Positions 36,545 through 48,790 of a stretch of 64,000 nt of DNA are shown one piece after another. The translations under genes and the position numbers were made by a program. The stretch is from Mobula hypostoma (Eukaryota). The notes beneath the pieces are model-generated. The model was not told the origin of the DNA. It ran no database searches and saw only the letters and a list, made by a program, of their open reading frames with translations. Positions within the stretch are counted from its first letter, which is position 1, and each line of letters begins with the position of its first letter. The stretch lies in assembly GCF_963921235.1 (NCBI RefSeq), contig NC_086097.1, positions 75,518,001 through 75,582,000 of the forward strand, written 5' to 3'.

Positions 36545-36965
36545 TAGAAATAGCAGAATATACAGAATTTTCCTGCCTGCCATTTCCATATCCTGAGTGC
36601 AGATTATCTCTTTTATTTCTTTGAATTGTTTTACCTCACTGATTCCGTTCCAGCCCTTTGTGGAATAATCCAGTCAGTTCCATTTCACCTCTCTTATCCT
36701 ATAACCCTGAAAATTATTTTTCTCTAATACCTGTACAATTCCTTTGAAAGTTGTGATTGATTCCTCTTCTACCATCCTTATAGGCAGTGACTTTCAGATT
36801 ATAACAAATATTGGCACCAAAAAACTTCCATAATCTCTCAGCCAAATTCCTCACCGTATCATCTATCCAGCATTTCAAATCCATGTCTTTTGATGTTTGA
36901 ACCATCCACTAATGGGAAAAGTTTCTCTGTATTTACCTTATCTAAACCAGACACTATCCTCTGCA
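36545..36965 (-). mobile_element. Old CR1 3' tail relic
   Basis: cttctaccatccttataggcagtgactttcagattataaca..ctgtatttaccttatctaaacc. Confidence 0.55.
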
Positions 36966-38147
36966 CCTTGTATTAATTCAATTGAAAATTCATAAAAGCA
37001 TAGTTACTTCACATATTGATGACAATACAATATACTGTTACATTAGGACTATTTTTCAGCAGACATGTGGAGAAAGAGATCATTTTAAATATTAGCTTTT
37101 AAAAACCAATAGTATGGCAAGAAGGAAAAGCACCCAGATGACAGAAAAGTTTCCCCAAAGGTTGCAGCTCTGTATTCTTGACTGTCAGGCCTTCTGGCTG
37201 TTAATGCAAGCTGATAAAACTACAAGCATAGACATGGACCACAGGGGAGTTCCAGCTCGGGCTCACTAAATGCTCTGATTTTTAAAAACAGAAATCAATT
37301 GGTGTTCTTTTGACTAGTTTGGAAGGGAACTGAAAGAGGCAGATTATCGATTATTTTTCTTTAAGGGCTCTAAAACGATTCCTTAAGGGTAATGTGGTAA
37401 GTTCACTATTTTACTTAATTGAGTACAGATACTTCGTACAAACTGTATCCTATTATAACCTTTTCTCTAAGTTTCTTTGCTGTGAAGTAATCCACCTTGA
37501 TAATTAATATCTGCCCTCTAACTGGATAACTTCTTGGCCAAATATCAAACATATTGAACAAAGTTATGGAAGCATGTTAAAACATGTAATATCTAATTCA
37601 AATTGAATGGAGATATTAGTGTCATGCCCCAGGTTTTTCCTGTTATGCCATTAATTATCAGTCAGAATGAGTCTATTTCTCCATGTGGTGTATACGTAGG
37701 ATCCTTACACAAAAGCAACAGAAACCACTGAATTTGAAATTAACAACTGAATTGAATTTGTATTTCTTACAGATCTCCTAATCTCCTTTCAGTGAAGGAA
37801 AACACATGATAAAGTCATTTCTACATAACTGAAATAAACATTTGAGTGATCTCCAATGACAGGCCAAACTATGATCTTTGTTCACATTTTTTGGTAAGAG
37901 TTGAAAAATGAAGTTAATTTGCTCAAGAAAAGTAAAAACAAAGCAGAGAGGGAGAGAGAGAGAGATTGCAATTGTTTGGAAAACAAGCACAGATCCACTT
38001 TGTATTGCAAGATGGTGTGACTTGGCTTAAAAATAGAAGTACTGTACTGAAGTATATGTCACAAAGCCAGCAAGTAAATTCAATGCCACAGTCTTACTGG
38101 AATCTAATACAACTGCAGAAAAGCTAATATGTAATATTAAAGAGAGG

Positions 38148-38510
38148 CATGGATTTACATAACATCTCTCATAACATCCCAAAGTCCCTTACAGCCAAAG
38201 AAGTAAAGGCCAATGTAGATAACCTGCAAACCAATTAGTATTAAGCATTGCTCACAGATGTTACTCTGCTCATGACGGATCAACTTATCAGTGTATTGGT
38301 TAAATATTACCATCAATATTTTCACTATTCTTGTTTAAAATAGTAAGTTGTGAAATCTAATACAGCTATGCAAAAAACCTAAAGAGTTGTTGCTAAGTGT
38401 TGCATAGCTGACCATTTTATTGCACAGGAAGATCTGTATAGATTTTTGAGCTTCTATTTCTGGAAGGGTACTTGAATGCAAAACCTTCTGAATCACAGCA
38501 TACAGCAATC
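38148..38510 (-). mobile_element. Highly degraded DeuSINE
   Basis: acatcccaaagtcccttacagccaaagaagta at the tail and acttgaatgcaaaaccttctgaatcacag at the head. Confidence 0.55.
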
Positions 38511-39884
38511 TGACAAGTCTATCAATACAACAATTTTAATTCAAATCCATACTGAATACCAATATTATGACAGGGCACTACAGAAATGAATGAGATAAAT
38601 CAATAATTGTTTTAAAGACCAATTTCATCTCAATTCTATTGTCAGGTAGATGACAATTCTTCTTTGTATTTATAGAAATGATCTCTTCTTCCATTTGACT
38701 ACTAGTGCAACAGTCCCAGGTAGGGAAACACCCCCTGCACATTAAGCTCGCTTCCTGATTAAGCTTCTCTTTTCATAACTGCCCACCACAAGTTATTCCT
38801 CAAAAATAGAGAAGATCAATAGATGAGAATGACTGGAGATTGGGAGACTGGTCTAAGGAAGCCAGGCACCAAACAGTAGCACGAATGAGGTGAACGCATC
38901 AATGGTGCATTCACGCAGGAGTTGCAGCCATAAATACAATGAGACATCAATACTCATCCAATGTTATAATGTTCTGAATGTCTCAATAGCCACAAGTTCT
39001 TGCAGATTGCAATTGACAAGGTTCTAGATATGCAAAATAAGAAGTCATTTAAAATATTTGGACGTATGTAGTAGACTAATATTTCATGACAATTTGTGTT
39101 GGGTCGGTTGCCATGAAGAGATAAGGCCAGCACCAGTGCTGTGTAAGGAGTGAGAAGGCAATGTGGGGTACCCCAGGATGGCTGGATATTAAGCCATCTT
39201 GTCAGCCCCATCCAAAACGTGTGACGGAAGGAGTGCAGATGCTTATTTCCTGTGCTCCCCGGGTCTTCCTGACGGTTTTCCAGCCATCTGCAGAATACAT
39301 TCAAGTGGCCTAAGTGACTTAACTGGTGAGGCTTTCATTAAAGGTGAACCTGAATCTGCCCCATGGTCCATGATGGGCTGCAGTGAAATGAAGTGATCTA
39401 ATCAAGTGATACAGGGGGGTGAACTATCCTAGCTGATATGACATCTCCTACACATTGTTTGACACAGTCTCTCAATTCCGTGAACGTCCCTCAGAAAGCA
39501 CCAACCTACGATTTCTCTCAGTATGAGGAATAAGAGCAGTCAGTGCAACAAAACACTACCAACTGAGCATTCCTTTCCAAATCCCATTACTCCCTCATAA
39601 GGAAAATAATTGCAGCCTCTGGGTCATCACTGGGTCGAAATCCTGGAAATCCCTGACTAGCGACATTATCTAAGCTGGCTGCAAGGAGATGGCTCTGCAT
39701 CACCTTTGCAGTAGAATCTGGGGATGGTGAATAAATGGCAGCTGAGGAACAGTACCCACATACAATGCCTTTGCTTAAGATTTGCAAAGCAATGTGACTG
39801 AGATTATCATTGAATTCAGTCATTTAATTCCCAAACCAGAAAGCCAACTGCACCTGATGTTATTAGATGATCTCCGGAAATGAC

Positions 39885-40181
39885 GTGTGGTGCGTGGCCA
39901 AGAGGTGAGGATGTTGGGCTCACAATCTAAAGGTCATAGGTTCGGGTCTCGGCCAAGGCAGCATGTTGTGTCTTTGAGCAAGGCATTAAATCACACACTG
40001 CTCCAGCCCACCCAGCTGAAAATGGGTACCGGCAAAACGCTGGGGGTTAACCTCGCTGTAGACTGGCGTCCTATCCAGGGTGGGGGGTGCAGTCTCGTAC
40101 TCTCAATCGCTTCACGCCACAGAAACCGGCATAAATACCGGCCTAATGGGCCACAAGGCTCGGAACAGACTTTAACTTTAA
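39885..40181 (+). mobile_element. tRNA-derived SINE, family B (Meta-domain-like body, (ACTTTA)n tail)
   Basis: A box tggccaagagg, B box ggttcgggtc, body gtgtctttgagcaaggca..cacccagctgaaaatgggtacc. 13-bp TSD ctccg/agaaatgac (39872-39884, 40182-40194). Confidence 0.88.
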
Positions 40182-40382
40182 CTCCAGAAATGACCAGTCA
40201 TGATGCTATCTAGCTAAGTTCTTCACAGGGATTATTACAAGAGCAAGTAACCTTGGCTCCCCACTCAGTGGATTAATAAGTCCAGTTCTAAAAACCTCCC
40301 TTTTAAAATCAGTTTCTAATTTCAGTCACTGAACCCTACGGTCAGTGGACATCATATCACCTTGTGTTATGCCACATCTGTT

Positions 40383-41368
40383 TAATGACTTACAATGTAA
40401 ATTAATGATTTAGATGAAGGGATTAAAAGTAACATTAGCAAATTTGCAGATGACACAAAGTTGGGTGGCAGTGTGAAATGTGAGGAGGATGTTATGAGAA
40501 TGCAGAGTGACTTGGACAGATTGGGTGAGTGGACAGATGCATGGCAGATGCAGTTTAATGTTGATAAATGTGAGGTTATCCACTTTGGTGGCAAGAACAG
40601 GAAGGCAGATTACTATCTGAATGGTGTCAAGTTAGGAAAAGGGGAAGTACAACGAGATCTAGGTGTCCTTGTTCTTCAGTCACTGAAAGTAAGCATGCAG
40701 GTACAGTAGGCAGTGAAAAAAGCTAATGGCATGCTGGCCCTCATAACAAAGGGAATTGAGTATAGGAGCAAAGAGGTCCTTCTGCAGCTGTACAGGCCCC
40801 TGGTGAGACCACACCTGGAGTACTGTGTGCAGTTTTGGTCTCCAAATTTCAGGAAGGACATTCTAGCTATTGAGGGAGTGCAGCGTAGGTTCACGAGGTT
40901 AATTCCTGGGATGGCAGGACTGTCACATGTTGAAAGATTGGAGCGACTGGGGTTGTATACACTGGAATTTAGAAGGATGAGAGGGGATCTGATGGAAACA
41001 TATAAGATTATTAAGGGATTGGACACGCTAGAGGCAGGAAACATGTTCCTGATGTTGGGGGAGTCTAGAACCAGAGGCCACAGTTTAAGAATAAGGGGTA
41101 GACAATTTAGAATGGAGTTGAGGAAAAACATTTTCCACACAGAGGGTTGTGGTTCTGTTGAATGCTCTGCCTCAGAAGGTAGTGGAGGCCAATTCTCTGG
41201 ATTCTTTCAAAAAAGAGTTAGATAGAGCTCTTAAAGATAGCGGAGTGAAGGGATGTGGGGAGAAGGCCGTAAAAAGGGTACTGATTATGAATGATCAGCC
41301 ATGATCACAGTGAATGGTGGTGCTGGCTCGAGGGACTGAATGGCCTACTCCTGCACTTATTGTCTATC
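40383..41368 (+). mobile_element. CR1 LINE RT C-terminus and tail (one stop, one frameshift)
   Basis: SKFADDTKLGG, FNVDKCEVIHFG, LVRPHLEYCVQFWSP, and tail tggcctactcctgcac. Confidence 0.95.
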
Positions 41369-41389
41369 GAAATGGATGAGTTCAACTCT

Positions 41390-42470
41390 GAGCTCAAGTT
41401 CAAGTTTATTATCATCTGACTGTCCAAATTTCCCTGTGAGGAGCTTAACCAAATGAAACAACGTTCTTCCGGACCATGGTACACCCACAAAACATATATC
41501 ACACGCAGCACAGATACCAATATATTGCCATCAATAAGTTAATAAAATGTAATTCAAAATAAATGTAGTGCAGAACACAGGTAAACAGTGAGGTGAGGTA
41601 AGGGCCTCTGTTGGTCAGGATTGACCATGGATATTGTGTCCTAGCTGTCTAGATACGCAAGCCTGGGCAGTATGAGATAGAGAGCAAGGTGTTGCCCATG
41701 TAGCAAGCTTCCCCTCTCCACGCATCTGAAGGACACAAAGGAATGACAGAGACCAGTACAGTTTTGGTACCAGCAGTCTTGCGGGAGTTGCCAGTCAGCA
41801 TTGAACCCAATGTGCAACTGCCTTGGAGACTCCAGTTCCGGATCTTTCCCTCAGAGTTTACTCTCAAAGCCTTCCCCATGAGCGGATATGGCCTCAGGGC
41901 GGCGGAGGTTTGCCATCAGAGTTTCCCTTCTCCTAGATGAGCTGCCAACCATGGCTGATGAGGGGCATCTGCCTGAAGAGACTGCTTTTAAGGCTCCAGT
42001 AGCCCACCTTTGCCCCTTCTCCTGTCAATAGAAACTGTTCCGCTGGGCTTAGTAGCTAAGCCACATGTGAAGGCCAGGAGCTGGACATGGTTGTCAGAGG
42101 CTATTTGAGGCACATGCCATTGGGAGCATTTAATATATAGTGAGAGCTTGTCCCCATTATCACTCCCCCGGCTCTAACACCCTTAAGGAACCAGGTAAAC
42201 ACTAAACAGTAAACGGCCCGCTGCCCAATTGATGAGACCTTTGTACACAACGCTCTCACAAGTAGTGGGGAGGGAGACCCCGGTGATCCTCGCGGTGGTT
42301 TTCACTGTCCTCTGTAGGGTCCTGCAGTCTGAAGTCTTGCAGCTTCCGTACCGCACAATGATACAGCCAGACGGGACACTCTCAGTGGTACTCCTGTAGA
42401 AAGTGGTTAGAATGGGGCCAGGGAGCCCTGTATACGTCAGAGTCCTCTGAAAGTGTAGCTGCTGCTGTGA
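41390..42470 (-). mobile_element. Rex1/Babar 3' end, split by an insertion
   Basis: Tail caagttcaagtttattatcatctgactg..aaatgaaacaacgttcttccggacc. Coding remnant at 42250-42470. Confidence 0.65.
41588..42191 (-). mobile_element. Non-coding RTE-related retroposon (604 bp)
   Basis: 10-bp TSD caggtaaaca (41578-41587, 42192-42201). (cctca)n tail. RTE-5'UTR-like ccttctcctagatgagctgccaaccatggctga motif. No ORF homology. Confidence 0.75.
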
Positions 42471-42929
42471 GCTTGAGCTTAGAAAGGAAAGAGTGAGTGG
42501 TGACTCATCCTGTTAAATGCAAGCAGGGCTGGTTACGTGAGCCTGAATTATTCTTCAGGATGAGAAGATTCTGAGGTGTCAGAATGGTTTGCAGAGGCGC
42601 AGAGCTTGTGTCATTTCACCAGTTTCATTTGTGTAATTTGATGATACATATCACAGTAAATAGGAGGAGAGGTGGAAAATAATTAACGTAAGCTAGTAGA
42701 AGCAGATTAGACCATTTGGCACCTCAGACCAAACTCACCGTTTGATTAGACTACGGATCTGTGCCTTGAGTAGATTTTCCTGTCATTCCTATGATCTATA
42801 ATTCCCTTTGTGTCCAGGATTATTATGGTAATTAAGTTTCCTCACACTTGTTTGCCCTGTGAGAAAATTGGGTAAAAAATTAGCTTGATCTGAAAGATTG
42901 ATCAAATAAATATGCTTGCACTTTGCTTA

Positions 42930-43019
42930 TGTAGCACCCTGGGAAAGGTTTCACTGCTAATGGAATGTAGCACAGAAAGACCATTACATTAGAGGTGAAA
43001 CTTTTCCCAGGGTGTTACA
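42930..43019. mobile_element. 90-bp fold-back MITE with TGT...ACA termini (Ginger-like?)
   Basis: 38-bp arms with 33/38 Watson-Crick matches and a 14-nt loop. 4-bp TSD ctta (42926-42929, 43939-43942) once the CR1 is removed. Confidence 0.65.
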
Positions 43020-43933
43020 TAGAAACATAGAAACATAGAAAATAGGTGCAGGAGTAGGCCATTCGGCCCTTCGAGCCTGCACCGCCATTTATTATGATCA
43101 TGGCTGATCATCCAACTCAGAACCCAGCCTTCCCTCCATACCCCGTGACCCCTGTAGCCACAAGGGCCATATCTAACTTCCTTTTAAACATAGCTAATGA
43201 ACTGGCCTCAACAGTTTGCTGTGGCAGAGAATTCCACAGACTCACCACTCTCTGTGTGAAGAAGTTTTTCCTAACCTCGGTCCTAAAAGGCTTCCCCTCT
43301 ATCCTCAAACTGTGACCCCTCGTTCTAGACCTCCCCAACATCGGGAACAATCTTCCCGCATCTAGCCTGTCCAATCCCTTTAGGATCTTATACGTTTCAA
43401 TCAGATCCCCCCTCAATCTTCTAAATTCCAACGAGTACAAGCCCAGTTCATCCAGTCTTTCTTCATATGAAAGACCTGCCATCCCAGGAATCAATCTGGT
43501 GAACCTTCTTTGTACTCCCTCTATGGCAAGGATGTCTTTCCTCAGATTAGGGGACCAAAACTGCACACAATACTCCAGGTGTGGTCTCACCAAGGCCTTG
43601 TACAACTGCAGTAGTACCTCCCTGCTCCTGTACTCGAATCCTCTCGCTATAAATGCCAGCATACCGTTCGCCTTTTTCACCGCCTGCTGTACCTGCATGC
43701 CCACTTTCAATGACTGGTGTATAATGACACCCAGGTCTCGTTGCACCTCCCCTTTTCCTAATCGGCCACCATTCAGATAATAATCTGTTTTCCTATTTTT
43801 GCCACCAAAGTGGATAACTTCACATTTATCCACATTAAATTGCATCTGCCATGAGTTTGCCCACTCACCCAACCTATCCAAGTCACCCTGCATCCTCTTA
43901 GCATCCTCCTCACTGCTAACACTGCCACCCAGC
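43020..43933 (-). mobile_element. Young CR1 LINE, 5'-truncated, intact reading frame
   Basis: ORF 43117-43989 is stop-free through the CR1 part. Tail (agaaacat)n; TSD ttaca (43015-43019, 43934-43938). Confidence 0.95.
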
Positions 43934-43946
43934 TTACACTTATAAT

Positions 43947-44174
43947 AACACATAGAAAATGCTGGAGAACTCAGCTGGTCAGAAAACATCTGTGGAAAGG
44001 AATAAAGAGTCGACGGTTTGGGACAAGACCTTTCTTTCCATCAGGACATCATGGGTCAAGCCCTGATACCGGTTCTCATTGACTCTTTCCATAAATGCTG
44101 CCTGAGCTGCTGAGTTCCTCTAGCATTGTGTGTGTTGCTCTGTATTTCCAGCACCTGCAGAATCTCTTGTGTTT
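43947..44174. mobile_element. Inverted pair of Penelope pLTR segments with no coding sequence
   Basis: A minus copy (43947-44047, degenerate hammerhead gtcctgatgg..cccaaaccgtcgact) is followed by a plus copy ending ..tccagcacctgcagaatctcttgtgttt. Confidence 0.75.
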
Positions 44175-44445
44175 ATGCTCAGCTTATAATGTCGGCTCAC
44201 TTTATAATTCGACCAGCCTTTTTGCTATGCAGAAGAGAGACGTTGCTTTTTGAAAGACTGTATGCAAAGATAGATTTCAGGAATTTCACCACTGTCTTAA
44301 TCATACACCCATACCTTCCTTGCCTGGCAGAGCCATTGAGAAATGGAATCTGATCTAACAAAGAGAAACTTCACTATTCTTGTTCACAAACAGGCCGCGT
44401 CATATACTCTGGTAATTGTTTTCCAACATAGCAGCTGATTTGCTG

Positions 44446-44876
44446 GGTGTCACGCAATGCATTGTACTAGCACTCTTACCTCTCAGTCAGAAAGCTGTGA
44501 AATGAAACCCGGTTCTAGAGATTGGAACACATAATCACAGCTGACACCTGAGGGCACTGCATACTGCTTTGCTGCATTTCAGATAAAATGCTGAACCAAG
44601 GTTCAGTCTTTCTCATCGGGTGTTCTGGAAAAACTCCATGGTACTGGGGGAAAGCTTACTTCCACATAAGTTTATCCCCAACCTATCATCACATTTGTTG
44701 AATTATTCCATCAGCTGATCTGGTTACTGTCAAATTATTGTTTGAAGGAGCTTTCTGTATGCAAAATGGCTGCAGAGCTTCCACATTGAAAAAAACTAAG
44801 TACTTTCTTTACTGCTTTGTGTTTTGGGACATCCTGAGGTTGGAAAGAACGCAGGGTAAATCCAAGTCTCCTTCCT
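44446..44876 (+). mobile_element. DeuSINE (SacSINE1/AmnSINE1-like), near full length
   Basis: Head tagcactcttacctctcagtcagaaagctgtg; Deu-domain-like atgctgaaccaaggttcagtct; tail gtatgcaaaatggctgc..ttttgggacatcctgaggttggaaag. Confidence 0.75.
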
Positions 44877-44979
44877 GACACAATACATTCCAAAAAAAAA
44901 GGGAAATTGCACAGATTTAATACATGCTTCATAGAAGTGGTAGACTAAGGTGCCTGTTGAGCATAAAGTTAAGATGGAG

Positions 44980-45690
44980 GCAAAAAGACATTGCAGATAT
45001 TGTGATCCCTAGAGCAAAAAGCAAACTGCCAGTGGACCTCAGTGGGTCAGGCAGCACCCGTCGGGCAAAGGGACAATAGACATCCTGGATTAGAACTGAG
45101 TGTGTAAAGGGGAGATAAGCAATATAAAGAGGTAAGGGGGGGGTGAGTTAGAAGCTGGAAGGCTCAAGGTGGATGAAGGTGAGAAGGAGTTGATGGTCAG
45201 ATACAGCCAGGTCAGGAAAGGTGGGTGGAGAGAGTGACAAAGACTGGGAGGTGATTAGTGGAGACAAAAAGTGTTGCAGACAATGGAATCTGTTTAAAAA
45301 GGAAAGTAATGAATGAAACAAGATGTGGGAGGAACACTGAGCAGATAGGAACAGTGGGGGTAGGAGAGAGGAGTGGATAGAGGACTGAGTAGGAAATAAC
45401 CAAATGGAGAAGGGAAAAGCAAATGGGTTACAGGGGTCATTAGTGATATAGGGAAAGGTAGGAATAAGAGGATAGGCAAGAGGACCTACATGGGTCATAA
45501 TGAACTAAGAAGTGCAAGCTACCAGAAATTGAAATAGTCAATACTTACGCCATTGGGTTGTAGACTTCCCAGGCAGATGATGAGATGATGTTCCTCTAGT
45601 TTGTGTTTGGCCTCACCTTGGCAGTGGAGGAGGCCGAGGGCGGATAGGTTGCTGTGGAAATGGGTAGTGGAGTCAAAATAGCTAGCAACC
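44980..45690 (-). mobile_element. Penelope-like element 3' end
   Basis: Minus translation VASYFDSTTHFHSNLSALGLLHCQGEAKHKLEEHHLIICLGSLQPNGVSIDYFNFW*, followed by UTR and pLTR. Confidence 0.85.
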
Positions 45691-47829
45691 AATAGCTTTA
45701 GGTTAAGAAGTTAGGATAAAGTTAAGTGAGTTAACTCATACCAGGATGTTACTCAGATGTATGAATTTCATTCCCCAACATCTTATCTTAAAAAATATGG
45801 TTCAATTTTACATATTAATTGTCTGTAGTTGCCTGAATCAAACTGATTATTTTCTATTATTCCAAATGTTAATTCACTTTTTTTTTAAAAAAAGAACAGT
45901 TTTTTTTCTAAACTTATTATATTAAAATCTTTCATGCACTTTCTTCAATACTGTGAAAACAAAGTGAAGGAAGTTTCTTTTTTGCTGCCGTCTTGCTTGT
46001 CTGTTTTAGATGAGAATAATTGGAATCAGTCTCCACCTTTTTGACATATTCACACTTAGTGCATTGGCCGTGAGGAAAAATAATCTTGAAGTCATGTCGG
46101 ACTGATGAGAACTTTTTCCAAACATAAAACGTGGAGAGAGAAAGTAAGTCTGACAACCACCTGCTTTAAAAAAAAGTAACAAGGAAGGAAAATGGCCAGA
46201 TAATTGACTTGGTGGTACCATTTGACCAAGACATAGGAGAGACATCGCAGGATACAATTACATTCCTTTGTTGTAAATGACATCAATAAGAAAAACAGAC
46301 AGAACCCCCAATATACAGCTTAATAATAAACCTGTTGAGCCTGGAGAAACTCAGTTATTAAAAGTAAAGAATAGCTTTAAAACAAAGCCAAGAGATCATG
46401 CAATGGTTTACGTTTGATTCACACTTGAAGAAACGTAAGCGTGGCTGAGAATGTAGCCAACTTGAAGAAGTTATGGCAAGACTCATTATGCAACTCACTC
46501 TTTCAGATGCCAATGGATAATTTAATGTGTGGTATAATCAATGACCAGATTCAGGGGCAGTTTTTATCAGGTGAATCCAATCCTAACGAGCACACTGAAA
46601 TTACCCAAGTAAATATATGCAGAACTTGTTTCATTTAACAGCACACTTGATAGACAAGTGGCAGAGCTGACAGATCTGAACAAACCAAACATCATTTTAT
46701 ATAGGTAAACAAAGATTGTTACTATTGTGGAAGTAAAGCCTTTTGAATGCCAGTTCAGCCAAGAAAAATGTCATATATGTGAATAAAATGTCCTCATTAC
46801 CCAAATTTGTAAGAATATGTATAACATTGAATAAACAAAATAAATGTAAGACGTTAAAGGAAGGCACGCAGAATCTCTGACACTTTCCCATTCTCACCAA
46901 TTAAGAAGCAAGTGAAAACTGTGACACTGAGATAGGGTTCAGAAGACTAGAACCACTGAAACAAAAAAAGAAAATGCTGAAAACAATCAGCAGGTCAGGC
47001 AAATTCTGTGGAAAGGGAAAGAGTGTTAATGTTTCAGGTCAGAAATCTTTTGTCAGCATTTATATCTTCTGACCTTGACTCCACCCTCTCTCTTCTTGTC
47101 TAGTCCATTCCCACTTACCTCTGTGACATTTGGGTTGCCCTCCACCATTTTAACATTTTCAGTTACCTGGACCCAACTAGTTCATTGTGGGTATAGAATC
47201 TATCTGCTCGGTGTGTCCCACAGCACTGCTGTCAGCAAAATACAGTAGAACACAGAGAAAGAACTATAACCTAGTACCATCTGCTCTAGCTGATGCATTA
47301 ATTCACTTATTTCATCCAATCTGAAATATTATTTTTGTTCTACCCATCCCAACTCTGTTAAATTGGTTTCAGTAAAGATCTCAGAGCTAAAATATTAATT
47401 GTTTCTCTTTCTCTTTCGATGTTGAACTGGCTGCATTGAAGCCAAAATCGATGTTGATACTGACATTCCACCACTTTTTCTCAAACTTAAGACGGCCCTT
47501 TATGCTAGAAACCAAAACAGAAGCTGCCTCAGAAAGATAATAATTCAATCATGTAAGTAGTCTACATTGGCAGCACTCAGTCTGCCACTATTGAGGTACA
47601 GTAGATCCATCAGGATTTGTGCAGATCACAAACTGGTAGTCAATGTTGGAATCTATAATAAAGGAGGTAGAAACAGGACAACTTGAAAAGAATATTGGGA
47701 TTGAACACCTTTGACTATCTTATTTTATATTTAAAATATAAATATTTTGTATTTTATAAGAAATACCATTTGACCAATTATCAGACTGTAAAGAGTAAAG
47801 TAGCAGAAGGAAAGGTGATTTGGCTTCAG

Positions 47830-48790
47830 CGTTTCACAATCTGTTGCCAGCGATTCGGTTGAGGGGAACAAATGTTATTCTTCAAAGTCTGCTGACAGTA
47901 CTAAACCAGGTCAGATTATAGGTGTGGAGGAGAATAAAAATAGGCTTCTAGAACATGTGGATAAGTTAGGTGAATGACTGAGAACATTGTACTTGGAATA
48001 TAATGCAGAAAAATGAGAGGTGCACCTGGCTGAAAAATCCAATATTTGTTAAATGGTGAGACTTGATACTGTTCATATTCAAACCTGTGATTGTACACAG
48101 GTTCTTAAAGATCACCATAATGATGCATTGAGTTAGTAAGAAGGCAAATGGTATATTAACATTTTTTATAAGTACATAGATTTGAATGAAACAGTAAGGA
48201 AGTCTTATTACAACTCTGTACGGTCTTGGTAAGGTTTCACCTGGCGTACTACATACATTTTTAGTCACTTTATCTAAGAAAATATGTACTTGCCACAGAA
48301 TGATTGTGGCCAAAGTTCTCTGAACTTATTCCAGGACTAGTGAATTTTTGTTATGAGGGGAGGCAGAACAAACTGGATTGTTTTCTCCAGTGTTCAGAAA
48401 AATGGAAAGATATCCCATCAAAATATACCAAAGATTTAAAGGACTTACATAACTATATGTGAGGGAGTTGTCTCAACTGGCTGAAGACTTTAAGACTCAG
48501 AACATACAGTAGTTTCAGAATCAGGGATAGACCATAAGGTCAGACATAAGGAGGAACCCAGAGAGTGGTAAACATTTGGAATTATCTATCACAGAAATTT
48601 CTGAAGACTCATTTTTGTTACTCAAAATATAGATCAATGGATTTATGGGCCTTAAGGGAATCAAGAAATAGGGGAATAAAACTGGAAAATATCAGCAAAG
48701 TGGAAGATCTGCCATGATTTAAATGAATGGTGAAGCTGACTAGAAGGCCCATGTGGTCAGCTACCTTTTCTTCTTCTTGCATTCTCACAA
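47830..48790 (+). mobile_element. Old CR1 ORF2 3' relic
   Basis: aagaaggcaaatggtatattaacatt (KKANG), cttggtaaggtttcacctggcgtact, and a CR1 tail. Confidence 0.75.

Noticed and set aside
41955..41985. ctgatga..ggca tc tgcc..gaag as a hammerhead
   Set aside because: It has GAAG rather than GAAA, no stem III/NUH, and lies antisense to the element.
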